Below the pieces are notes generated by a model. That model ran no database searches. It was not told the origin of the DNA and saw only the letters and a program-made list of their open reading frames with translations. A program made the translations under genes and the position numbers. Shown piece after piece: positions 17,137 to 24,648 of a stretch of DNA of 40,657 nucleotides. Within the stretch, counting starts at the first letter, position 1. Every line of letters begins with the position of its first letter. The stretch comes from Candidatus Tenderia sp. (lineage in GTDB: Bacteria > Pseudomonadota > Gammaproteobacteria > Tenderiales > Tenderiaceae), in NCBI GenBank assembly GCA_031416075.1, contig JANOSY010000067.1, forward strand, positions 1 to 40,657, written 5' to 3'.

Positions 17137-18158
17137 TTATCCCCTTTACCTTTGCGGGGTGCAGGCACCGGGGCCAGATCCACCTGCCGCAGGCGGGCGC
17201 GCATCTGGGTATCGTTGCTAAATTGCAGCGCCAGCCGTTTAGCCCGTTCTACCTCCAGTGTGTCAAGCTCTGGCGGGAAGACATCCACATCACCCTTAAA
17301 GCTGGTGAAGGTATCAAACCCTTTATCAAACAGCGCCTGAGCCGTCGCCAGCAGCCCTTGCAGGCCGTACATCAGCGGGTGTGAGATGGCGTCGATATCG
17401 GCAGCGCTGGTATCTTGTGGCAGCAACGCCACCCGCTCCATCACCTCTTGCAGGGTGCGGGCATTGGCGCGCAGGGCCTCGGTCTCCTCCAGCACCGCCC
17501 GGCGCAGCTCCTTTATATAGAGTGGTTGCTCAGGCAGGGCGCGGGTACGGCGGGCCTCTTCGTCCAGCGCGGCCACCCGGTCACTCATGCGGTCGTTCTT
17601 TTTGAGTTCGTTATCGAGCTGCTTGCGGAGTTGGACGATCTCTTGCAGCTGGTCGCGGCTGGTACTGTCGATGTTATCCAGGGTGCCGTCATTGAATAGA
17701 TCATCTACCACCTGGGCGGGAAGGCGGGTTAAAACGTCGAGCTTGCGCCCGACCAAATCAACGGCGCGCCGTTGATTTGGCTTTGAGAGTGACGCCACCA
17801 GAAAGGCTGCTCTCATCGCCTCGCGGGCTGTGTTTGGATGGGCCCCGTTGTCTTTTAGGCGGCCCTCAAAAGCCCCGTGCCCCAATTCGCGTTTAAGTAA
17901 TATGTAAAAAAAGCCAAGTTCAATTTTGGATTTCGCAACACCCCCCTCTTTCTTTCTGGTGCCCTCCTCAAGGGCTGCGCCCGTAAGCGCCCGTCCATCG
18001 TGAATGGGTAGGTCAAGGGTTGTGTCATCATTTAATGATAGCAGGCTGTTTACCAGCGCCTGCGCCTCATCGTCATAATCGATTGCGGCGGGGGTGGTTA
18101 TTTTTTTCTGTTCCAGCTCGCCTTCGATGACGGTTGTGGTTTGTTTTTTATTGGTCAT
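17133..18158 (-). CDS. DUF3102-like early protein with coiled coil
   Basis: ELG...ILLKRELGHGAF...A.EAMR.A; immediately upstream of the transposase. Confidence 0.75.
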   Translation of the reverse strand: MTNKKQTTTVIEGELEQKKITTPAAIDYDDEAQALVNSLLSLNDDTTLDLPIHDGRALTGAALEEGTRKKEGGVAKSKIELGFFYILLKRELGHGAFEGRLKDNGAHPNTAREAMRAAFLVASLSKPNQRRAVDLVGRKLDVLTRLPAQVVDDLFNDGTLDNIDSTSRDQLQEIVQLRKQLDNELKKNDRMSDRVAALDEEARRTRALPEQPLYIKELRRAVLEETEALRANARTLQEVMERVALLPQDTSAADIDAISHPLMYGLQGLLATAQALFDKGFDTFTSFKGDVDVFPPELDTLEVERAKRLALQFSNDTQMRARLRQVDLAPVPAPRKGKGDK

Positions 18159-18445
18159 TGGTTCATCTCCAAATATTTTGCAAATCCGCGTTCGAGTTCC
18201 GCGTAAATAATCATCAAGGCGATCCCGAATGACGCCGTCTCAACGCCCCGTGCCGAGTCGTTGGCGCTGCTGTATTGGCGATGGGTGTCGATCCACTCAT
18301 TCAGCGCTTCGCCCAGCAGTGGTTTGCCATCCTTGATGGGTACGTCTATGCCATATTTGTCTGGCCATGAAACAGCCTTCGCGATGTACTCGCGCAGTAG
18401 TTCGTTCGATGGCATTTCTGCCGCCCAATTAATTTTGTCGCTCAC
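18155..18445 (-). CDS. Short paralogue of the N-terminal domain of 17133..18158
   Basis: DVPIKDGKPLLGEALNE versus DLPIHDGRALTGAALEE; GGAGG RBS, GTG start. Confidence 0.7.
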   Translation of the reverse strand: MSDKINWAAEMPSNELLREYIAKAVSWPDKYGIDVPIKDGKPLLGEALNEWIDTHRQYSSANDSARGVETASFGIALMIIYAELERGFAKYLEMNQ

Positions 18446-18446
18446 T

Positions 18447-18932
18447 TCAACCTCCCAGTCGTTTACGTAAATTCCGCTCGCGGTGTGCGAGGCGGCTCTT
18501 GTTTAAAATCGTTTCACCCAGCTCGGCGGCAATCGCCTCTTGTTCATCCATCACAAACAGCCCCAGTGCGCCGGTCAGCACCTCCAGTGGGGCCAGGTTG
18601 CCGTGGGTTGCCCAGATATAGGCGGGCAACATCTCGGCAGGAAAGGGCCGGTCTTCGGCGCTGGTGGCCAGCCAGCCGTTGAGCTGGCGAGGGGTAATGC
18701 TCGGGCCGTCTGGCAGGCACAGGTTCATGCGCTCCACCACCCGCTCGCGGCTCACGCCATGTTTTTGGGCCAGCTTGGCGCTCTCTCGCAAAAACACCCG
18801 CAGCTTGTCGCGCACGTCCAGGTCGGGGGCGTTGGCGGCCCGATACTCTGGCTCTACCTGCGCCAGTTGCTGGAACAGATCGGGCTGTTCACTGGTAAAA
18901 GATTTGCCCGCTCTATCCACTGACGCGGCCAC
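18447..18932 (-). CDS. CII-like phage regulatory protein
   Basis: SRERVVERMN...IT..QLNGWLA.S.E.R.FPAE.LPA; start may be the GTG at 18920. Confidence 0.75.
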   Translation of the reverse strand: MAASVDRAGKSFTSEQPDLFQQLAQVEPEYRAANAPDLDVRDKLRVFLRESAKLAQKHGVSRERVVERMNLCLPDGPSITPRQLNGWLATSAEDRPFPAEMLPAYIWATHGNLAPLEVLTGALGLFVMDEQEAIAAELGETILNKSRLAHRERNLRKRLGG

Positions 18933-18983
18933 TCGGCTGGGCTAGACTTTGGTCACGACAAACATGCAAGGCCCAGGAGGTGA

Positions 18984-19418
18984 GTGATGAATAGCAATAA
19001 CGAATGGCGCGGTTACAGCGTGTACGAGGATGGTCTGGCTCAGGAGCTGATATGCGGCTTAACCGAGACAGAGGTGCGCCAACTACACGCCAGACTGCAA
19101 CAGTTAGGCGCCGCAGGATGGTTGGATTTTTTGAGCACATACGGCTCAACCTGCGCCCGTTACTTAGGTGAATCCGCACAGGGTCGGTCATCATTTGCAC
19201 ATGACGGCGAAGCGCTGCTTCATGTGTACGGCGCGATATGGTTGGCGCAGATAGCCGCCCAGTTTGGTCACCGCTTTGATGATCCTGATCTTCAGCAGCC
19301 TGGCCATCTGCGCGAGTCACGCGCGGCCCGTGGTCGGCTGCTGTTAGATGCCCAGCGCTTTGATGTTGAGGAGTGGCCGTTTGATGAGCCGTCTGATCTT
19401 CAGAACCCGTTTGTTTAG
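18984..19418 (+). CDS. Hypothetical protein antisense to the early operon
   Basis: Strong AGGAGGT RBS, globular-looking composition, stop overlaps the convergent stop at 19415. Confidence 0.65.
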   Translation: MMNSNNEWRGYSVYEDGLAQELICGLTETEVRQLHARLQQLGAAGWLDFLSTYGSTCARYLGESAQGRSSFAHDGEALLHVYGAIWLAQIAAQFGHRFDDPDLQQPGHLRESRAARGRLLLDAQRFDVEEWPFDEPSDLQNPFV

Positions 19419-19759
19419 TCATGGTGGGCCACCGCATCAGGCAGAGATACGGGCATCAGTAGACGGCCTGCTGGATCGGCTGGACCGGCTGGAGATACGG
19501 TTATCTCAACCGTCCGGTCCGGGCAGTCAGCGTGATAGCGGGCACCATTAACCGTCACCATGCCCTGGGCATCGGGCTGCCGAGTGATCACCTTGGGCTG
19601 GGTTAACAGCTCCAAAAACATCACCAGCGCCTCGGCATTGCTCACCAGCTGGCGGGCAGCTGCCAGGGCACCGGCATAATCACCGCACTCGTAGTTGATG
19701 ATGGCGGTGGCGGTGTCGCGCTCTACCAGCAGCAGGGTGATGGAGGGAATGGTATTCAT
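19415..19759 (-). CDS. Hypothetical early protein
   Basis: ATGA overlap with ner. Confidence 0.65.
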   Translation of the reverse strand: MNTIPSITLLLVERDTATAIINYECGDYAGALAAARQLVSNAEALVMFLELLTQPKVITRQPDAQGMVTVNGARYHADCPDRTVEITVSPAGPADPAGRLLMPVSLPDAVAHHD

Positions 19760-19989
19760 ACCGCCACCCGCCGCGCAGGCCGTGAGGGTTGTGAATACCG
19801 GCCATCAGGCCACAGGCGGCGCAGCGCGATACCGGTCTTGGCTGAGATGGTGCTGGCAATGTTGTATGATGTAGCGGTGCCGCGAGTCACCTGACTCACA
19901 GCGGAGCGCTCCACGCCCAGATGGTCGGCAATGCGGCTGGGGGGCCAACCGCATTTGATCAGGGCGGCATGAATGTCGGCGTAGTGCAT
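19756..19989 (-). CDS. ner: Ner-like HTH regulator
   Basis: MH.ADI.AAL...G....IA..LGV..SAVS.V; LWP.RY C-terminus; divergent from the repressor. Confidence 0.85.
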   Translation of the reverse strand: MHYADIHAALIKCGWPPSRIADHLGVERSAVSQVTRGTATSYNIASTISAKTGIALRRLWPDGRYSQPSRPARRVAV

Positions 19990-20010
19990 ACGTGGACTCC
20001 TGTAGTGTTT

Positions 20011-20034
20011 GGCGGTGTTACAGCACCGCCTTTT
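20011..20034 (+). terminator. Hairpin GGCGGTGT-TACA-GCACCGCC followed by TTTT
   Basis: 8-bp stem with one G-U, T tract on the + strand; lies in the ner leader. Confidence 0.45.
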
Positions 20035-20073
20035 ATTGGTGTGGTTAACTGCATTTATTTAGCAGGTGATGGA

Positions 20074-20102
20074 ATGATAGGAACAAACGTTCCTTGGGTC
20101 AA
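20074..20102 (-). promoter_or_regulatory. Early lytic sigma70 promoter with operator in its spacer
   Basis: Minus strand TTGACC-17 nt-TATCAT; spacer holds the palindrome AGGAAC-AAAC-GTTCCT; second GGAA-N6-TTCC at 20122-20135. Confidence 0.75.
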
Positions 20103-20107
20103 GAAGA

Positions 20108-20539
20108 ATGAGCGATGAAGAGGAAAATATTTTCCCCTATGGGGTGAGGATCAAGGAGGAGCGTGAGCGCCTGGGATTTACGCAAGAATATTTTGCCGCC
20201 CTGGGCGGGGTAACAGCGCGGACTCAGCGGAATTACGAGCTAGGTAAGCGGGTGCCAGATGTTGCCTATCTGGATGCTGTGGCCAATACAGTGGATATTC
20301 AATATATAGTCACGGGTGAGCGGTCCGCACGTAAACAATCGACGCGCTCTATCATCGCGGCACAGCAGAACGATGGTTATCCGGTTGAGGCTGAGACTGA
20401 GTTGTTGCTCAGCCCTGACGAGGCGGCGCTACTGGATAACTACCGTCGCAGTCCTCCAGAAGGAAAGGCCGCCATCAAAGCGACGAGCGCTGCGCTCGCG
20501 CAATCGGGCGGAATGAAAAAAGGGAGGCAGGCGGGTTAA
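20108..20539 (+). CDS. XRE-family HTH prophage repressor
   Basis: G.RIKEERERLG.TQ..FA..GGV..RTQ.NYE.G.R.PD..YL; D.QYI.TG.R; LS.DE..LLDNYR. Confidence 0.9.
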   Translation: MSDEEENIFPYGVRIKEERERLGFTQEYFAALGGVTARTQRNYELGKRVPDVAYLDAVANTVDIQYIVTGERSARKQSTRSIIAAQQNDGYPVEAETELLLSPDEAALLDNYRRSPPEGKAAIKATSAALAQSGGMKKGRQAG

Positions 20540-20541
20540 TA

Positions 20542-20655
20542 ATGAAAGAGATTCTCTGTCATTTTTTGGGTCACAAATGGAAATTCGTCCGCGTCAGCCT
20601 TGAGGGTGACAAGGTTTTTATATGTAAGCGCTGTGGTAGGTATGTAGCTCATTAA
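20542..20655 (+). CDS. DUF1660-like small Cys/His protein, 37 aa (not in ORF track)
   Basis: MKEILCHFLGHKW...CKRCG; starts 2 nt after the repressor stop. Confidence 0.6.
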   Translation: MKEILCHFLGHKWKFVRVSLEGDKVFICKRCGRYVAH

Positions 20656-20903
20656 AACATTAAGCGATCGGCAAATGGTGTCAGAGGGAATAGCGCTAAC
20701 ACCTGACGATGAGCTGCCGGATTGATGCGCTTGCGAGCAAGGGAATAAAAAAGGATGAGGTAGGCTGAAAAACAGGCAAAACAGAACAGGCCAGCCACAC
20801 GCCTGTGGCGGCGATTAGAGGGGTTTAGTGCGGTCGTTATATATGTGCGCTGGCGTTGAGCGTTTTTAAAAGGGTTTTAAATCGGGTTAAAGGGGGTTAT
20901 GGC

Positions 20904-21350
20904 ATGACGGTAGGCGTGAAGGTGTTGGTTTTGGGTTTGGTGGTGGGGTTGGCCGGGTGTGTGGCTATGGCTCCGTACAATCAGTCGCAGGATGACCTAC
21001 GCGCTTCGCCGGATAAATTCGGCGGCAAGCAGCTCGTCGAAGCTCCGATAAGTGCCATCATCAATAATAGCTACCAAGTGGCCAAGCATTGCGACGATCA
21101 CCCTATTTTTGCAGTGGCACCCGACGGGCAGGAGATGACTGCCACGGCAATGATCTCGGGTTGGTCCGCACCGGCGTATCTGGCCGTGATTGACGTTGTT
21201 GCCGTGGGAGATAGGACGGAAGTCGCATATTGGGGGCAAAATTCAATATGGAGGCAGCGGGCCTCGCAATGGATCGAGCAATTGAAGAATCCCGGGTTGT
21301 GCAAATCAAGCCGCCAAGCAGGGTTGACTCTGCCCACGCGGAATGATTAA
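20904..21350 (+). CDS. Lipoprotein (lysogeny-expressed accessory gene candidate)
   Basis: MTVGVKVLVLGLVVGLAGC lipobox; two further Cys residues; downstream of the repressor. Confidence 0.75.
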   Translation: MTVGVKVLVLGLVVGLAGCVAMAPYNQSQDDLRASPDKFGGKQLVEAPISAIINNSYQVAKHCDDHPIFAVAPDGQEMTATAMISGWSAPAYLAVIDVVAVGDRTEVAYWGQNSIWRQRASQWIEQLKNPGLCKSSRQAGLTLPTRND

Positions 21351-21433
21351 TCAAGGAGGGTGTGGCAATGAAAGAGATTGGTGCCGAGATCGCATTCGAG
21401 CTGATGTTTGAATTGCTCAAAGGGCCGTAGTAA

Positions 21434-21466
21434 GTAGGGTGGGCACGTTGTTTGTGCCCACGCCAT
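21434..21466 (+). repeat. GTAG-type REP-like palindrome, copy 1
   Basis: GTAG-G-GTGGGCAC-GTTGTTT-GTGCCCAC-GCCAT; identical 33-mer at 21725. Confidence 0.85.
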
Positions 21467-21501
21467 CCCTTTGTCGTTTCATGATATAGGCATCACCCGC
21501 G

Positions 21502-21666
21502 TTAGATCTCACTGTTGGGCACCGCAGGAATAACCGTGGTCGGTACGTCCTGCCATTTGCCCCACATCGTCCACTTTTCCCAAGGGTCTTGTTGGCGGCA
21601 ACGCCACTGCAATACCGGTTGCGTTGTCGTTGTGCCTTCCGGTATTGTCCATCGCAATTCAACCAT
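21502..21666 (-). CDS. Small Trp-rich hypothetical protein, 54 aa
   Basis: AGAGGA RBS; MVELRW...PVLQWR...W.KWQDVP; lies between the REP copies. Confidence 0.65.
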   Translation of the reverse strand: MVELRWTIPEGTTTTQPVLQWRCRQQDPWEKWTMWGKWQDVPTTVIPAVPNSEI

Positions 21667-21724
21667 CGTCTTTCCTCTCCGGGCCAGCCCGTAGCCGCGC
21701 TCCATAGACCGCGTTTAATAGCAG

Positions 21725-21757
21725 GTAGGGTGGGCACGTTGTTTGTGCCCACGCCAT
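21725..21757 (+). repeat. GTAG-type REP-like palindrome, copy 2
   Basis: Identical to 21434-21466, same orientation. Confidence 0.85.
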
Positions 21758-21855
21758 GTACATGTATTGGTCTGTTATATAGGTGTGGTGGTTAGAGCAT
21801 GATGTAGACCCTCCGGCCTGATCGACCGCTATTGACGAAACTGCCCGGCCACCCC

Positions 21856-21932
21856 ATGCTATAAAAAACACCCGCAGTATGCAGTGGTGAAACATTTTGC
21901 CGCTGCCGCCGCCATCCCCCCGTCGCCATAAT
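21856..21932. promoter_or_regulatory. Late promoter for the head-tail operon, possibly bidirectional
   Basis: GCAGTGG-TGAAACATTTTG-CCGCTGC; CATAAT 27 nt to the right; TAGCAT on the minus strand 26 nt to the left. Confidence 0.7.
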
Positions 21933-21939
21933 TGGCGAC

Positions 21940-23079
21940 ATGAATACACAGCACACCACACAGCAAGACTTCAAAGGCTTCGACGACTTCGTCGAGCTAT
22001 TCCGCGCGGGCGATCATGTTGACGCCAGTGGTGTAGCGCGCACCTGGACCACTGATGAGCTGGACCAGATGGTGGCTAACCATTCCGCTGCCACCGCAGC
22101 CCCGATTGTGATCGGCCACCCTGAACATAACGATCCGGCCTTTGGTTGGATTGACCAGGTCAAGCGGGATGGCGATTCGCTGCTGGCTAAATTCCGCGAT
22201 GTCAATCCGGCGTTTGCCCAGGCGTCGGCTGATGGTGCCTACCGCAAACGCTCAGTCCGTATATATAAAACCCCCGCCAACACCTTCGCCCTGGAGCACG
22301 TGGGATTTTTGGGGGCCAAGCGTCCGGCCATTGCGCTCAATGCGATGAACTACACCACCGCCAATGCCGCAGAGGTCTTTGACTTTGAGGCCGACTGGTA
22401 TACCCCCAACGTGGTGGCTCGCATGCTGCGCCGCCTGCGTGATTGGTTGATTGGCGAGCGTGGTCTGGATGTAGCCGATCAGCTGCTGCCAGATTACGAG
22501 ATCACGAGCCTGGATAACCACGCCAATGAGCTGTTAACCCAGTCAGAAAACGCACCGCAAAACAATCCCATGTTCACCGCCCCCACAGGAGAAATAACAG
22601 TGACCCCAGCAGAAAACCAAGCGGCTATCGATGCCGCCGTGGCCGCCGCGCTTGACGCCAAGACGGTCGAGTTCAGCGCCCAACAGACCAACCTGCAACA
22701 GCAGCTGGATGCCGAGCGCCGTAAAAACAAGGGCATCGAATTTTCCGCATTCATTCAGGGCAGCAACCTGACCCCGGCCCAGGCGACTGGCGCGGTGGAT
22801 TTTATGGTGCAACTTGATGATGGCGCGACATTTGAGTTCAGCGCTGGCGATGGCAAAGCCCCGACCCAAGTCACGCCCCTGAAATGGTTCCGCGATTTTG
22901 TTGCCGCGATTCCGCAGCAGGTAAAGCTGGGGCAGACCGACACCGGCGCTGAGCTGGACATGAGCGACCCAGTCGCGCTGGCCGACGCAGCGCAGGAATT
23001 CCAGGCGAGTGAGAAAGCCGCCGGGCGCGACATACATATCAGCGCCGCGATGCAGTACGTCACACAAAGGGGTAAATAA
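21940..23079 (+). CDS. Mu gpI-like head maturation protease with C-terminal scaffold
   Basis: ELFRAG.H, APIVIGHP...PAFGW, YRKRS, HVGFLGA..PA. Confidence 0.9.
   Translation: MNTQHTTQQDFKGFDDFVELFRAGDHVDASGVARTWTTDELDQMVANHSAATAAPIVIGHPEHNDPAFGWIDQVKRDGDSLLAKFRDVNPAFAQASADGAYRKRSVRIYKTPANTFALEHVGFLGAKRPAIALNAMNYTTANAAEVFDFEADWYTPNVVARMLRRLRDWLIGERGLDVADQLLPDYEITSLDNHANELLTQSENAPQNNPMFTAPTGEITVTPAENQAAIDAAVAAALDAKTVEFSAQQTNLQQQLDAERRKNKGIEFSAFIQGSNLTPAQATGAVDFMVQLDDGATFEFSAGDGKAPTQVTPLKWFRDFVAAIPQQVKLGQTDTGAELDMSDPVALADAAQEFQASEKAAGRDIHISAAMQYVTQRGK
22600..23079 (+). CDS. Nested in-frame scaffolding protein (gpZ-like)
   Basis: AGGAG RBS ahead of an in-frame GTG at 22600, at the start of the coiled-coil region. 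Confidence 0.55.
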   Translation: MTPAENQAAIDAAVAAALDAKTVEFSAQQTNLQQQLDAERRKNKGIEFSAFIQGSNLTPAQATGAVDFMVQLDDGATFEFSAGDGKAPTQVTPLKWFRDFVAAIPQQVKLGQTDTGAELDMSDPVALADAAQEFQASEKAAGRDIHISAAMQYVTQRGK

Positions 23080-23453
23080 TGAGCAATCCAATTCTTACAA
23101 GCAGCTTCGTCGCCGAGGCGGCGATCAACAAATACCGCATCGTCAAACACGGTGCGGCCGATGGGGGCGTGGTGCCTGCAGGTGCGGTGAACGATGCGAT
23201 GTTTGGCGTGGCCACAGAGATCGATGCCGCCATCGGCCAGCGTGTCGATGTGATCATCGTCGGCGAGGCCCTGATCGAGTCTGGCTCAGTCATCACTCGT
23301 GGTATGGCCCTTACGGCGGATTTTTTTGGTAGGGCAACGCCCGCCGTCCCGGCGGCGGGCGTCAACAATCGCATCATTGGGTTTGCGCTGGCCAGCGCCA
23401 CCGTCGGCGATATTATCCCCATGCTGCTCTCGCCCGGTTACATCCAGGGTTAA
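23079..23453 (+). CDS. DUF2190-like capsid cement/decoration protein
   Basis: Ala/Gly-rich; AE.AI..YRIVK, G.A.I..G..I..G..LT.D..GRA, IG.AL..A..GDII. Confidence 0.85.
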   Translation: MSNPILTSSFVAEAAINKYRIVKHGAADGGVVPAGAVNDAMFGVATEIDAAIGQRVDVIIVGEALIESGSVITRGMALTADFFGRATPAVPAAGVNNRIIGFALASATVGDIIPMLLSPGYIQG

Positions 23454-23471
23454 TTAATAGGAGATTTAATA

Positions 23472-24398
23472 ATGGCTAACGCCCCGTTTCCAATCCAGCC
23501 TGAGCTGACCGGTATCGCGATTGCGTACCGCAATAACAAACTCATCGCCGATGAGGTGCTGCCGCGTGTGCCGGTGGGCAAACAGGAATTTAAATATTTA
23601 AAACAGACCTTGGCGGACTCGTTCACTATCCCCGACTCAAAGGTTGGGCGCAAAAGCAAGCCCAATGAGGTGGACTTCAGCGCCGCCGAGTTGACGGCGA
23701 GCACCGAGGACTGGGCACTTGATGATCCGATCCCACAGGTCGACATCGACAACGCTCCAGCCAATTACGATCCGCTGGGGCGCGCTACGGCCAGCTTGAT
23801 GGACCTGATACTGCTGGGACGCGAGAAGCGCACCGCCGATCTGGTGTTCGACGCCACTCAGTATGCGGCGGCCAATAAAATCACACTCTCCGGTGCCAGC
23901 CAGTGGAACGACGTCAACTCCGATCCCGTGCTCAACATCATGAACGGGTTGGATGCCTGCATTATGCGCCCGAACATGGGCGTCATTGGCCGCGCGGCAT
24001 TCAGCCGGTTGTGCATGCACCCCAAAATCTCCAAGGCGGTGCTGGGCAATGGCGGCGACGTGACCATCGCCACCCGCCAGGCCATCGCTGCGCTGTTTGA
24101 GCTGGATGATCTGGTGGTGGGCGAAGGGTGGGTCAATGTCGCCAAAAAAGGCCAACTGGCTAGTTTGGTGCGCGTCTGGGGCAAGCACATGGCGCTGATC
24201 TATCGCGACAAAATGGCGGACACCCGTGGAGGCACGACATTCGGCATCACCGCGCAGTTCGGCACCCGCATCGCCGGTTCCGAAACCGACTCCAGCATCG
24301 GCATGCGCGGCGGCCAACGTGTACGCGTTGGCGAGGCAGTCAAGGAATTGATCACTGCCAATGATATGGGCTTCTTCATCCAGAACGCTGTAGCGTAA
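23472..24398 (+). CDS. Major capsid protein
   Basis: P.LT.IAI.YRN...IAD.V.PRVPV motif; strong GGAG RBS; position after protease and decoration genes. Confidence 0.9.
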   Translation: MANAPFPIQPELTGIAIAYRNNKLIADEVLPRVPVGKQEFKYLKQTLADSFTIPDSKVGRKSKPNEVDFSAAELTASTEDWALDDPIPQVDIDNAPANYDPLGRATASLMDLILLGREKRTADLVFDATQYAAANKITLSGASQWNDVNSDPVLNIMNGLDACIMRPNMGVIGRAAFSRLCMHPKISKAVLGNGGDVTIATRQAIAALFELDDLVVGEGWVNVAKKGQLASLVRVWGKHMALIYRDKMADTRGGTTFGITAQFGTRIAGSETDSSIGMRGGQRVRVGEAVKELITANDMGFFIQNAVA

Positions 24399-24468
24399 CA
24401 GCGTAACAACCAGGCACAACACTCCTGGCAGACCCACGCCGGGGGTGGTTTACCCAAGGATTAAAAAC

Positions 24469-24648
24469 ATGGCCAAGCAAACGTACACAGTGTTAACGCC
24501 GCTCCTGCATGACAACAAGCGCTATGAAATCGGCGCGATGATCATACTGGAAGATGGCGCAGAAAAGCAGCTCCTTGAGGCGCATGCGATTGAAAAGCCA
24601 GCCCAAGATAATGCCGATGAAAAGCCTGAAAAGTCGGCTAAAAAATAA
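24469..24648 (+). CDS. Small head-associated protein (Y.V..PL.HD.K.Y..G domain)
   Basis: AAGGA RBS; Lys-rich tail. Confidence 0.75.
   Translation: MAKQTYTVLTPLLHDNKRYEIGAMIILEDGAEKQLLEAHAIEKPAQDNADEKPEKSAKK

Noticed and set aside
20081-20092. GAAC-N4-GTTC as a Gram-positive LexA box
   Set aside because: Gene content points to a Gram-negative host; position fits a phage repressor operator
21434-21757. CRISPR mini-array
   Set aside because: Only two repeats, a 258-bp spacer containing an ORF, no cas genes; matches REP architecture
23637-24437. 266-aa minus ORF (and similar long antisense ORFs at 4096, 14597 and 30678)
   Set aside because: Shadows of capsid, portal, MuB and tape-measure genes in GC-rich coding DNA
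24391-24468. AGCGTAAC tandem and short hairpins after the capsid gene as a defined RNA motif
   Set aside because: Stems are short and there is no U tract; cannot be supported without covariation data
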